In this document: piece after piece, positions 49,041 to 58,578 of the stretch
Layout of the letters: every line of letters begins with the position of its first letter
Numbering within the stretch: the stretch's first letter is position 1
Source of the DNA: Planctomycetota bacterium
GTDB lineage: Bacteria > Planctomycetota > GCA-002687715 > CAIWVZ01
Assembly (NCBI GenBank): GCA_044222185.1
Contig: JBGANV010000008.1
Location: 64,001 to 128,000, forward strand
Reading direction: 5' to 3'
DNA length: 64,000 nucleotides
Made by a program: the position numbers and the translations under genes
Notes under the pieces: model-generated
What the model saw: the letters and a program-made list of their open reading frames with translations, nothing else
The model's database searches: none
What the model was told of the DNA's origin: nothing

Positions 49041-50626
49041 CAGACCACCACTCCCTGCTTCCGCGCTCCAGCCATCACGCCCTGATCACCGACGTCGTCG
49101 AAGGTGATGCCCTGGAACTTGTCGCACTGGGCCCCGAGTGCGTCGAAATGCGAGGCGGCGCGCTCGGAGATCTTGCCGCCCGAGAGCGCAGCGATGTGCA
49201 CGAGGTCGTCCTTGGTTCCCTTGCGTGGCCGGTACGCCCGTCGGACGCGCTGAATGCGACCGTCCTCGTTGACCCACGAGCCCTCACGCTCGATGAACGA
49301 CGCTCCGGGGAGAATGTGCGTCGCCGAGGCGACCGTGGCGGAATCGTTCGCCGCGATGACCACGCGCGTCGCGACGCGCTCGAGCGCCCCCCGAACCTTG
49401 CCATCGCCATCGAGCGCGAGAACGTCGGCACGGTGGATGAGCACGGCGGCCTTGCCCGCGAGAAGCCCGGGAAGATCCGAGACCTTCTTGGCGATGCCGA
49501 GCCACTCCGCGCCCTTGCGGTTGGGATGCTTGTCGGCCCGGATCAGGAACTTGTCCGCCGTGCCGTCGGCGCGCACGGGGATCGCGACCAACGTCGCACC
49601 CGCCAGGGACTCGGCGGCCAGGCGCCGGAGCGCTTCCATCTCCTCGAGCGTGGCATCGAACGACGTGATGACGACGGCGTTGCGGCCCGCGCGCTGCAGT
49701 GCCGAGCGCGCCTCGCGAGTCACGTCCTCGAGGGGCTTGGGAGCTCCGTTCAGCCGCGCATCGAGCAGCCGGCTCTCGTTGATCGGGTTGTATTCCTCGC
49801 GGCCGAAGTCGCACATCCAGGCCTGGTTCACGGCATCGTTGACACGCGGCTTCAACCGATAGGCCGTGCCGTTGTGATCGGCGACGATGGTGTGCTCGTA
49901 GTAGTCGACGGTGACGTTGCAGCCCTTGGCGCAGCCAGGGCACACCGTCGGGTTCGACTTCAAGAACCACACGCGGGCCTGGAAGCGGAAGTCCGTCTGC
50001 GTCAGTGCGCCGACGGGGCAGATGTCAGCCGTGTTGACCGAGTACGCGTTGTCGAGAGCCGTGCCCGGGAACGTGGAGATCACGTTGTGGTCCCCCCGGT
50101 TCACCATGCGCAGTTCGCTCGTCTTCGTGACCTCGTCGCAGAAGCGGATGCAGCGCGTGCACTCGACGCAGCGCTCCTGGTCGAGGGTGACGCGGGGTCC
50201 CACGGGGATGCGCTTGCCGTAATGCACCTTGTCGACCTCGAGGCGCGACGGCTTCAGGTCGTGCTGCATGTAGTAGACCTGCAGCTTGCACTCCCCCGCC
50301 TGGTCGCAGATCGGGCAGTCGATGGGGTGATTGACCAGCAGGAATTCCATCACGCTCTGGCGGGCGGCCTTCACGCGATCGGATTCCGTGTTGACCTTCA
50401 TGCCCTCCGTGCAGTTCGTGTTGCACGAGATCGGAAGGCCGCGTTGCCCTTCGACCTCCACGGCGCACATGCGGCAGTTGCCCGCGACGGAGAGGTGCGA
50501 GTGGTAGCAGAAGCGCGGAATGTCGATGCCGTGGTCCATGGCCGCGTCGATGAGACGACGCCCGGCCGGAACCTGCACGGTCTGTCCGTTCAGGACGATG
50601 TTCACCATCTGGGGCTGGTCGCTCAC
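49040..50626 (-). CDS. nuoG: NADH-quinone oxidoreductase subunit G (short form)
   Basis: FCYH..GNCRMC, HPIDCPICDQAGECKLQ, CVECTRCIRFC, DICPVGAL and CPGCAKGC motifs. Confidence 0.93.
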   Translation of the reverse strand: MSDQPQMVNIVLNGQTVQVPAGRRLIDAAMDHGIDIPRFCYHSHLSVAGNCRMCAVEVEGQRGLPISCNTNCTEGMKVNTESDRVKAARQSVMEFLLVNHPIDCPICDQAGECKLQVYYMQHDLKPSRLEVDKVHYGKRIPVGPRVTLDQERCVECTRCIRFCDEVTKTSELRMVNRGDHNVISTFPGTALDNAYSVNTADICPVGALTQTDFRFQARVWFLKSNPTVCPGCAKGCNVTVDYYEHTIVADHNGTAYRLKPRVNDAVNQAWMCDFGREEYNPINESRLLDARLNGAPKPLEDVTREARSALQRAGRNAVVITSFDATLEEMEALRRLAAESLAGATLVAIPVRADGTADKFLIRADKHPNRKGAEWLGIAKKVSDLPGLLAGKAAVLIHRADVLALDGDGKVRGALERVATRVVIAANDSATVASATHILPGASFIEREGSWVNEDGRIQRVRRAYRPRKGTKDDLVHIAALSGGKISERAASHFDALGAQCDKFQGITFDDVGDQGVMAGARKQGVVV

Positions 50627-51885
50627 ACCAACACTCCTTTGCTGACCTTCGCCTCGAACTCCTCCGGATACTGCTTGAGGAACGAGGCGATCGGCATGGC
50701 GAGCGCATCCGCCAATGCACAGATCGTGGCGCCCGACATCTGCAGGCCGATGGTCCGCAGCGTGTCCAGGTCCTTCTTGGTTCCGTTGCCCGAGTCGATC
50801 TTCTTCAGGATGCGGTAGGCCCAGCCCGTGCCTTCACGGCACGGCGTGCATTGGCCGCAGGACTCGTGGGAGTAGAAGCGCGCGAGCACGGTCAACAAGT
50901 GGACCATGTCCTGCGTGTGATCGATGACGATGCACCCGGCGGATCCGAGCAGCGTGCCGTTGGCCGCGCACGACTCGTAATCCAGGTTGACCTTGTCGAG
51001 GGCGTCGGCTTTCACCAGGGGAACGGATGACCCGCCGGGAATCACGGCCTTCAGGCGGTAGCCATCCTGCATGCCGCCGCAGTCTTCGAAGAGGAGCTTC
51101 TTCAGGGGATATCCCAGGACGACCTCGTAGTTGCCGGGGCGCCGCACGCGGCCGGAAACCGAGATCAGCTTGGTGCCCTTGCTCTTCTCCGTGCCCATCG
51201 CTGCGTAGGCGGCACCACCGTTGTTGATGATCCACGGGACGGCGGCCACGCTCTCCACGTTGTTCACGATGGTCGGGCAGCCGAACGCGCCCTTCACGGC
51301 GGGGAACGGCGGCTTCAACTTGGGCTCGCCGCGGCCGCCCTCGATGGACGAGATCAGCCCCGTCTCCTCGCCGCAGATGTAGGCGCCGGCACCGCGGTGG
51401 ACGAGGAACTCGAGGTCGAACCCCGAGCCCATGATGTTCTTGCCGAGCATCCCCGCCTTGAACGCCTCGTCGACGGCCTCGAGCATGCGCCTGTGCGAGA
51501 GGTCGAACTCGCCTCGCACGTAGAAGAACGCCGTCCTCGCGTTGATGGCGTAGGCTGCGATGATCGCGCCCTCGATGACGAGGTGCGGGTCACGCTCCAT
51601 GAGCTCGCGGTCCTTGTTCGTGCCCGGCTCGGACTCGTCGGCGTTGATGCAGAGGTAGATCGGTTTGCCCGTGTTCTGCGGGACGAACGTCCACTTCATC
51701 CCCGTGGGGAAGCCGGCGCCGCCACGGCCGCGGAGGCCCGAGGCCTTCACCTCGTCGGTAACCTGGGCCGGCGTCATCTTGCCCGTGAGCACCTTCTTCA
51801 GCGCCGTGTAGCCGCCGTTCTTCTGGTAGACGGACAACCGGTGCGAATCCGGCGTGCCCCAGTTCTTCGTGAGGACCTTCGTCAC
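50623..51885 (-). CDS. nuoF: NADH-quinone oxidoreductase subunit F
   Basis: GLRGRGGAGFPTG, NADESEPG, GAGAYICGEET and ESCGQCTPCREG motifs. Confidence 0.97.
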   Translation of the reverse strand: MTKVLTKNWGTPDSHRLSVYQKNGGYTALKKVLTGKMTPAQVTDEVKASGLRGRGGAGFPTGMKWTFVPQNTGKPIYLCINADESEPGTNKDRELMERDPHLVIEGAIIAAYAINARTAFFYVRGEFDLSHRRMLEAVDEAFKAGMLGKNIMGSGFDLEFLVHRGAGAYICGEETGLISSIEGGRGEPKLKPPFPAVKGAFGCPTIVNNVESVAAVPWIINNGGAAYAAMGTEKSKGTKLISVSGRVRRPGNYEVVLGYPLKKLLFEDCGGMQDGYRLKAVIPGGSSVPLVKADALDKVNLDYESCAANGTLLGSAGCIVIDHTQDMVHLLTVLARFYSHESCGQCTPCREGTGWAYRILKKIDSGNGTKKDLDTLRTIGLQMSGATICALADALAMPIASFLKQYPEEFEAKVSKGVLV

Positions 51886-51889
51886 GGCA

Positions 51890-52387
51890 TTACTCCAGCG
51901 AGTCGAGGAGCTTGATGAGCTTCTCGGGCGTCATGTTCTCGTGATAGGTCCGGTTGATCTGGACGACGGGCGCCCAGCTGCATCCCGCGAGGCACTCCAC
52001 TTCCTCCAGCGAGAACTTGCCGTCGGGCGTGCGCTCACCGTTCTCGATCCCGAGCTTCTTCTTCGTGCAGGCGAGGAGTTCCTCCGCGCCGAGCATGGTG
52101 CACGTGATGTTGCGGCAGACCTGGACGTGATGTCGCCCCGGCGGCTGCTGATGGAACATCGTGTAGAACGACACGACGCCCAACACCTTGGAGAGGGCGA
52201 CGTCGCAGCGCGCGGCGGCGTACTCCATCCAAGGCCTCGAGATCCACGTTTCCTGGTCCTGGATCGCCCAGAGCACGTGCAGGAGCGTGGCCGCCTTCGT
52301 GGGGTAGCGCTTCTGTAAGTCGTCGATGTGCGCCTCGACGGCCGGTTTCAGCTTCAGTGTGGGCGCCGCTCCGGTTTGAGGGCTCAT
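51890..52387 (-). CDS. nuoE: NADH-quinone oxidoreductase subunit E
   Basis: SFYTMF, VCRNITC and ECLAGC 2Fe-2S ligands. Confidence 0.95.
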   Translation of the reverse strand: MSPQTGAAPTLKLKPAVEAHIDDLQKRYPTKAATLLHVLWAIQDQETWISRPWMEYAAARCDVALSKVLGVVSFYTMFHQQPPGRHHVQVCRNITCTMLGAEELLACTKKKLGIENGERTPDGKFSLEEVECLAGCSWAPVVQINRTYHENMTPEKLIKLLDSLE

Positions 52388-54084
52388 CGATCCAACTCTC
52401 CGGCGATGATGTTGAGCGTGCCCAGGATCGCGACGGCATCCGCGACCATCGCTCCCTCGATCAGTCGCGTGAAGCTCGCGAAAAGGGGCAGGCACGGCGG
52501 ACGGACGCGGACGCGATACGGCCGGCCGGTGCCGTCGCTCACGAGGTAGAAGCCGAGTTCGCCATTGGCTCCCTCGACGCACGAATAGGCCTCACCCCGC
52601 GGAACCTTGATGCCTTCGTAGATGAGCACGAAGTGGTTCATCAGGGCTTCGATGTTGTTGTAGACGTCAGGCTTCGCCGGGGCGACCACACGGCGATCGG
52701 CGCTGAAGACCGGCCCCTCCGGGATCCGATCGAGCGCCTGCTCGAGGATCCGCAACGACTGAGAGATCTCTTCGAAGCGGATGAAGAACCGGTCCGCCGA
52801 ATCGCCCACGGAACCCGTGGGGATGTCGAAGTTCATCTGGTCGTACACGTCGTACGGCTCGGCCTTGCGAATGTCGTAGGCGATGCCGCTCGCACGGAGG
52901 CAGGGCCCGGTGTAGCCCCACGACAAGGCCTCCGACTTGGGCATCACGCCGACTCCGACCAGACGATCGAGGAGGATGCGGTTCTTCTTCACCAATCCCA
53001 GGACGTCGTTGACGGCGTTGGGCAATTCCTTGATGAAGTCGCGGATCTGGGCGATGAACGTCGGGTTCAGGTCGTCGGAGACGCCGCCGATGCGGACGTA
53101 TGACGACGTGAGCCGCGCCCCGCACAGGCCTTCGAGGGCCTCATAGGCCTTCTCACGCAACGCGAAGCAGTACCAGAAGTTCGTCAGTGCCCCGACGTCG
53201 ACGAGGTTCGCACCGATGCACACGAGGTGGTCGATGATGCGGCTCACCTCCGCGATGATCACGCGGATGAACTTCGTCCGCTCGGGCACTTCGATGGAGA
53301 GAAGCTTCTCGGCGGCCCGGCAGTACGCGATGTTGTTGAGCATCGCGGAGCAGTAATTCAGACGGTCGGTGTACGGGATCACCTGCGTCCACGTGCCGAC
53401 CTCCGAGTGCTTCTCGAAGGCGCGGTGCAGGTAACCCATCTCGGCGACGCCCTTGACGATCGTCTCGCCGTCGAGCTTCACGAGAACCCGGAGCGTCCCG
53501 TGCGTGGCCGGGTGTGCCGGGCCGATGTTCACGGGGATCAGCTCGCTGAAGCCACCATCCGCCGGGTTCTCGCCGACCTCACCCAACTCGTCGAGGAGCG
53601 AATCCTCCTCGTCGTCGAGCCACTGCTGGTCCTTGACGAAGTAGTCCTTCCGAAGCGCGTGCCCGACGAAGCGGTGGTGCGTGAGCAGGCGCTTCAGGTT
53701 CGGATGTCCGGTGAACTTCACGCCGAACATGTCCCAGACCTCGCGCTCGAACCAGTTGGCGCACTTCCAAAGGTCGGAGACGGTCGGAACCTCGGGATTC
53801 ACTGCCGGGCAGGCCGCCTTGATCCGCAGCCGCCGTCCGCTCGCCATGGAGCGGAGCTGATAGACCACCTCGAACCGGTGGGATTTCCAGCCCAGGTTCA
53901 TGCCGTCGACCCCAGCCAGGTCGGCGAGGAAGTCGAACCCGCCACCGGCAGGCGTCCGAAGGTGCTCCATCACCGGACGCAGCGCCGTCGGACGGATGGT
54001 GACGGCGACCTGCCCGTGCTGTTCAGCCGTCGCGAGGACGTCGTTTGGGAACCGGGTCCGGAGCTCCTGAAGGATCTCGTTCAC
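52384..54084 (-). CDS. nuoCD: NADH-quinone oxidoreductase fused subunit C/D
   Basis: EREVWDMFG..F.GHP (C part); GPAHPATHG, DRLNY and GELDR (D part). Confidence 0.96.
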   Translation of the reverse strand: MNEILQELRTRFPNDVLATAEQHGQVAVTIRPTALRPVMEHLRTPAGGGFDFLADLAGVDGMNLGWKSHRFEVVYQLRSMASGRRLRIKAACPAVNPEVPTVSDLWKCANWFEREVWDMFGVKFTGHPNLKRLLTHHRFVGHALRKDYFVKDQQWLDDEEDSLLDELGEVGENPADGGFSELIPVNIGPAHPATHGTLRVLVKLDGETIVKGVAEMGYLHRAFEKHSEVGTWTQVIPYTDRLNYCSAMLNNIAYCRAAEKLLSIEVPERTKFIRVIIAEVSRIIDHLVCIGANLVDVGALTNFWYCFALREKAYEALEGLCGARLTSSYVRIGGVSDDLNPTFIAQIRDFIKELPNAVNDVLGLVKKNRILLDRLVGVGVMPKSEALSWGYTGPCLRASGIAYDIRKAEPYDVYDQMNFDIPTGSVGDSADRFFIRFEEISQSLRILEQALDRIPEGPVFSADRRVVAPAKPDVYNNIEALMNHFVLIYEGIKVPRGEAYSCVEGANGELGFYLVSDGTGRPYRVRVRPPCLPLFASFTRLIEGAMVADAVAILGTLNIIAGELDR

Positions 54085-54099
54085 TTCGCGTCTCCGGGC

Positions 54100-54630
54100 T
54101 CAGCGGTTGTGTGCCATCTGGGGCACGCGCTCTTTGCTGTAGACGTCCCCGCGGTCCTTCTCGATCTTCCTCTGGAGCATCATGAGGGCTTCGAAGAAGG
54201 CTTCCGGACGGGGCGGGCACCCGGGCAGGTACACGTCGACGGGGATGACGTGGTCGATGCCCTGGACGACGGAATAGTTGTCGTAGAACCCACCGCTCGC
54301 AGCACACACGCCGAAGGCGATGACCCACTTCGGCTCGAGCATCTGGTCGTAGATCCGCTTCAAGACCGGCGCCATCTTGTGCGTGATCGTGCCGGCGACG
54401 ATGAGCAGGTCAGCCTGACGCGGCGAGAATCGGACGAGTTCGGCGCCAAACCGCGAGATGTCGTGGACGTTGGACGCCACACCCATGAACTCGATGCCGC
54501 AGCACGCGGTCGCGAAGGGATAGGGCCACAGCGAATTCAGCCGCCCCCAGTTCGTCACGCCGTTGACGAGCGTGTCCAGGCTCGTCGCGAAGAACCCCGT
54601 CTTGTTCGCGAAGAACGAGTCTACTCCCAT
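54100..54630 (-). CDS. nuoB: NADH-quinone oxidoreductase subunit B
   Basis: ACCGIE, SPRQAD and PGCPPRPE motifs. Confidence 0.97.
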   Translation of the reverse strand: MGVDSFFANKTGFFATSLDTLVNGVTNWGRLNSLWPYPFATACCGIEFMGVASNVHDISRFGAELVRFSPRQADLLIVAGTITHKMAPVLKRIYDQMLEPKWVIAFGVCAASGGFYDNYSVVQGIDHVIPVDVYLPGCPPRPEAFFEALMMLQRKIEKDRGDVYSKERVPQMAHNR

Positions 54631-54983
54631 TGGAGCGCGCCTTTCTTGATCACGTACACGAGCCCGACGACGAGCACGCCGATGAAGAGCGCCATCTCGA
54701 AGAGGACCGAGATCCCGGGGAGACTGCGGAACACCACCGCCCAAGGAATGAGGAACGCGACCTCGATGTCGAAGAGCACGAAGAGGATCGCCACGAGGTA
54801 GAACTTGGCCGAGAAGCGGTGCCGCGCGTCGGTCTGCGGCGGGATGCCGCACTCGTACACGGACGACTTCGTTGCGTTCTCCCGCCGCGGCGCGATCCGC
54901 CCCGTCAACAGCAGCACGACTCCCGGCACGAGGAGGGCCAGGAGTCCGGCGACGAGGGCGGACCAGTAGATCGAGTCGTTCAC
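54621..54983 (-). CDS. nuoA: NADH-quinone oxidoreductase subunit A
   Basis: YECGI and [18 protein letters not shown] motifs; GTG start inferred. Confidence 0.94.
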   Translation of the reverse strand: MNDSIYWSALVAGLLALLVPGVVLLLTGRIAPRRENATKSSVYECGIPPQTDARHRFSAKFYLVAILFVLFDIEVAFLIPWAVVFRSLPGISVLFEMALFIGVLVVGLVYVIKKGALQWE

Positions 54984-55046
54984 GCGCAGCCCCTTTGAGG
55001 CCAAAGACTTACAACGAGCGGGTGCCCGGGCGCAATGAGCCGCGCG

Positions 55047-55075
55047 ATTCTACGCGTGGGTCGGGGGCCCAACAA
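55047..55075 (-). promoter_or_regulatory. Putative sigma70 promoter of the nuo operon
   Basis: Minus strand TTGTTG (55075-55070), 17 nt spacer, TAGAAT (55052-55047). Confidence 0.55.
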
Positions 55076-55285
55076 TGGACGCCGTGCGGCGGCGGGACGC
55101 CCGAACCCACCTCCTGGGGCAGCGTCGCGGCGACGTCCCGCCCCGATCGCCGGCCTCGTCGGCGCTCGACCGTGACGACGGCGTCGGAACACCCTGACTC
55201 GCGCTGATCCAGGCCGGGAACGCAGGACCGCGTCGGCCCCAGAGTCCTCCAACCCAGAACCGCATTCCACCTGAGCGCATGGCCC

Positions 55286-55351
55286 GGAGCGCGCCGCGCG
55301 ATCGAAGGTGCGCGGCGCGTGGTTGCACGGCGGGACGGCGTGGCCCTGCCG
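55286..55351 (+). repeat. Divergent GGAGC-tagged two-hairpin element
   Basis: GGAGC-GCGCCGCGC..GCGCGGCGC-GTGGTTGCA-CGGCGGG..CCTGCCG. Confidence 0.45.
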
Positions 55352-55597
55352 GCGGACCCGAGCCCGGGCGTCGTCGCGGTCTGCGGCGAACGCCGCGCCG
55401 AGGCGGGCCGTTCCCGTTCCCAGCTCCGCTCGCCGTTGCAACAGGGTCGCGTCTCCGGAGGACCGGCGACGGAGCCTGTCCGCGGCCCGCCGCTTCAGGT
55501 CCGGCCAGACGACGGCCGCCGCGCCGCCCCCGTCACGCGCGCCGTCAGCCGTCGCCTCAAAGATCGAGCGCCCGCCCAAGCGCGGACGCCGGCCTCC

Positions 55598-56125
55598 ATG
55601 AAACCCGACACGATCCTGGAACAAACCCGCGTTCTCCGCACGCTGGCCCGAACCATCACGGGAAACGTGCACGACGCGGACGACGTCGTCCAAAACACCT
55701 GGCTCAGCCTCCTTCAACATCCCCCGAGGGACCGCTCCCGTCCGCATGCCTGGCTGTCGACCGTCGTCGCAAACCACGCGCGGCAGCACTGGCGGTCGGA
55801 GGGTCGACGCGCGCGGCGCGAATGCCGCGTCGCGCGGGAAGTGCCACGGGTCGCGGCCGCCTCGAAGGCGCGCGCTGCGGACGCCCACGACACGGTGATG
55901 GCAGCGCTGCTCCAACTCCCCGAAATCCACAGAACCGCCATCCAGATGCGGTACCTCGAGGGGCTTCGACCGGGCGAGATCGCGCGCCGACTGCGGATCC
56001 CCGCGGAGACGATCCGCTCGCGGGTTCACCGTGGCCTGCAGCAGATGCGCGGCGTGCTGCGTTGCGCGGGGTGCGTCGACCTTCCGGCCCGGCCGCCTGA
56101 GGCGGTTCCGCCGGACGATCACTGA
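55598..56125 (+). CDS. ECF RNA polymerase sigma factor (stand-alone)
   Basis: ADDVVQNTW, AWLSTV and EIARRL..P.ETIRSRVHRGL motifs. Confidence 0.85.
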   Translation: MKPDTILEQTRVLRTLARTITGNVHDADDVVQNTWLSLLQHPPRDRSRPHAWLSTVVANHARQHWRSEGRRARRECRVAREVPRVAAASKARAADAHDTVMAALLQLPEIHRTAIQMRYLEGLRPGEIARRLRIPAETIRSRVHRGLQQMRGVLRCAGCVDLPARPPEAVPPDDH

Positions 56126-56300
56126 CCCGACCTGCGACCGCGAGAGATCCCGGTCATGGCCGAGCCGTCCTGGGATCGGCGGCCGGCGGTGGCCCGGTCT
56201 CAACGCGCCACTAGCGCGGGGGCCGAGGGTTTCAGCGCAACCCCATCACCGTGCGACCTACGGTGATCGCGGGGCCATCGCGCCCTCGCAGGAGTCGCCC

Positions 56301-57569
56301 ATGAACCGAGTCTGGTCGAGCGTCTTCACGATCACCGTGGCCGCGGTCGCGACGGTGCAGCGGATCCCCGCGCAGGATGAACCGGGGCCGCTGCAGGACG
56401 CCCTCGAATCCCTGGTCGGCGAATCACTCTCGCGGGTTCGGATCCACGGCCACGCGCAGGCCGGCTACACCTTCAACGCGCACCAGCCAACGGACCGCAT
56501 GAACTTCGGCCGGCTGTTCGACGACCGCGCCAACGACTTTCGCCTGAACGGCGTGGGGATCACCGTCGAGCAATCGTTCCGTTCGGATCCATCCGCGTTC
56601 GATTGGAGCTTCAAGCTGCAGGCATCCGCCGGCACGGATGCCCGCTTCACGCACGGGATCGGCCTTCTCGAGGACGTCACCGATGGAAGCATCCAGCCCG
56701 ACGTCGTGGAGTCGTGGGTCGCGCTCCATCTCCCCTGGCTCACGGAGCGTGGCCTCGACCTGAAGATAGGTACGTTCGCCACCCTCTGCGGGCTCGAAAC
56801 GATGGACCCGGAGTCCAATCTCCTCGACTCCCACGGGTACATCTTCAACTTCGGGGTCCCGTTGAAGCACACGGGCGCCCTCGTCACGACGCACGCGACG
56901 CGCTGGCTCGAAATCCACACGGGCGCCGTCGTCGGCATCAACACGGCGATCGAGGACAACAACGACGCCTGGTCGTTCCATGGCGGCGTGACGGCGCGAT
57001 TCCTCGACGACAGGCTGACCGCCGCGCTCGGCGCTCACGTCGGGCCCGAGAACGACTCGGTCTACCACCGCCTCGCCGGCGTCCATCCGTCCTCGGATGC
57101 ACGTGCGATTCTGGACCTGGTCATCACGATGAAACCGGTCGACTGGCTCACCGCCTACGTCGATCTGAACCACGGTCAGGACGACGCGCCGCTCGGCTTG
57201 GATGGAACCCGGCCCGAGTGGTACGGCGCTGCCGCAACCCTGGCATTCCACGTGAGCGAAGTCGTCGACCTCCTGGTCCGAGGCGAGGTCTTTCGCGACG
57301 ACGATGGCTTCGCCGTCGCCCAGTTCGCCGAAGACGACGACTACCTGGACTTGCAGGAAGGGCGGCTCGGAGGACTCGACGCCCGGACCGTCGGCGGCGG
57401 CGCCACGACCTACCGTGCGATCACGGTCGGCGCGCGGATCGCCGCCACCTCCCGCCTCGTCATCCAATGCGAGATCCGGGCAGATTTCGCCGACGGCAGC
57501 ACACCGTTTCGCGATTCGACGGATGACTCCCAGTTCACCGCGGCCGTGGGGTTTCTCTGGACATTCTGA
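56301..57569 (+). CDS. Outer-membrane beta-barrel porin (DUF1597/BBP2-like)
   Basis: AGGAG RBS; GRLFDDRAN, GTDARFT, LKIGTF.T..G.E and P.KHTG motifs; terminal WTF. Confidence 0.82.
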   Translation: MNRVWSSVFTITVAAVATVQRIPAQDEPGPLQDALESLVGESLSRVRIHGHAQAGYTFNAHQPTDRMNFGRLFDDRANDFRLNGVGITVEQSFRSDPSAFDWSFKLQASAGTDARFTHGIGLLEDVTDGSIQPDVVESWVALHLPWLTERGLDLKIGTFATLCGLETMDPESNLLDSHGYIFNFGVPLKHTGALVTTHATRWLEIHTGAVVGINTAIEDNNDAWSFHGGVTARFLDDRLTAALGAHVGPENDSVYHRLAGVHPSSDARAILDLVITMKPVDWLTAYVDLNHGQDDAPLGLDGTRPEWYGAAATLAFHVSEVVDLLVRGEVFRDDDGFAVAQFAEDDDYLDLQEGRLGGLDARTVGGGATTYRAITVGARIAATSRLVIQCEIRADFADGSTPFRDSTDDSQFTAAVGFLWTF

Positions 57570-57600
57570 GACCCAGGACGAACCGATCCTGGAGGGCCTC

Positions 57601-57694
57601 GTCTCCGCAGGCGACGTCACCTTCGCGCTTGCAGGCCTCGCGATCGTCGGGTTCCTGGTCCATGCGCTCGTTCGACAGGAGACGCGCCGACTGA
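57601..57694 (+). pseudogene. KdpF-like remnant
   Basis: VSAGDVTFALAGLAIVGFLVHALVRQE behind GGAGG; GTC in place of a start codon; TGA one base out of frame. Confidence 0.4.
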
Positions 57695-57707
57695 CGTCGG
57701 CCAGAGG

Positions 57708-58472
57708 TCAGGGATGGATCGGCCGCGGGGACCAGGCCACCACGTCGATGGAGTCCACGAAGAGGGCGTGGGGTGGCAGGGACGGCAGATCGATGCCGTG
57801 GGCCCGCGCCATGGTGTCCTCCTCGATGAGCACGCGCGCGGGCTGGAGCGGCCACGGTGCGTGGTGGATCTCGCCGCGCAAGACGCGGCCACTGCGATCG
57901 GCGGAGTAGAGGCAATAACGGGACGTGAGGAAATCCTCGAGCGAACCCGGCGTCCCTCGAAAGACGTCTCCGCACGGCGCGTAGCGCGCTCTCAGGGCGG
58001 CTGGCGGCGCGCCTCCATGGGTCCGGTTGGAAACGTATCGAACCTCACCGGCAGCCGCCGTGCATTCCATGCGTGCGCGAAAGTACGGCAGGTGGAACCA
58101 CGACCTGGCGATCGCCACCGCGACCGGGCTCGCGGCGTCGAGCGAGAGGAACCACACGCCTCGCTTCGTGCCGTCCGTCACGTACGTCCGCACGTTCAAT
58201 TCGGCGAAGCGGCGAGCCACGGGGATTGGCGGGAGCCAGCGAAGGCCCGACTCCTGCATTTCGAATGGCACGACCCCGAGCCAGGCGGAGCCGTCGAACG
58301 TCTCCAGTCGGAGAGGAGACGGGATCCGTCCCTCGAACACCCGGGCCGGCACGGGCCAGTGGAGGAACGCGAGAGACGCCCACCTCATGTGCATGACCCA
58401 GGGCCGAGCGGGCGGCGGCCACGGTCGGTGGTCCAGGCAGCGCAGCGTGTCCTGAAAAGCCGCGGCGTTCAT
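57708..58472 (-). CDS. YqjF/DUF2071 family protein
   Basis: HRPWP, W..LAFLHWPV, ELNVRTYV, GVWFLSLDA and IHHAPWPLQ motifs. Confidence 0.9.
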   Translation of the reverse strand: MNAAAFQDTLRCLDHRPWPPPARPWVMHMRWASLAFLHWPVPARVFEGRIPSPLRLETFDGSAWLGVVPFEMQESGLRWLPPIPVARRFAELNVRTYVTDGTKRGVWFLSLDAASPVAVAIARSWFHLPYFRARMECTAAAGEVRYVSNRTHGGAPPAALRARYAPCGDVFRGTPGSLEDFLTSRYCLYSADRSGRVLRGEIHHAPWPLQPARVLIEEDTMARAHGIDLPSLPPHALFVDSIDVVAWSPRPIHP

Positions 58473-58578
58473 CGCGTGCGGACACCCTATCCGATCGGCG
58501 GGGACTTCCACCTTGACAAAGTCCCCTCGTCCTGAGTCGATACGCGGAACCGACCGATCCCCTTCCCGACGAGGTGCC

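Noticed and set aside
52384-54084. Group 4 [NiFe]-hydrogenase large subunit
   Set aside because: No CxxC Ni-binding motifs; NuoD quinone-site residues (HPATHG, DRLNY) and nuoEFG are present.
40611-54801. Long plus-strand ORFs over the nuo operon
   Set aside because: Antisense open frames expected from high-GC codon bias; no protein motifs.
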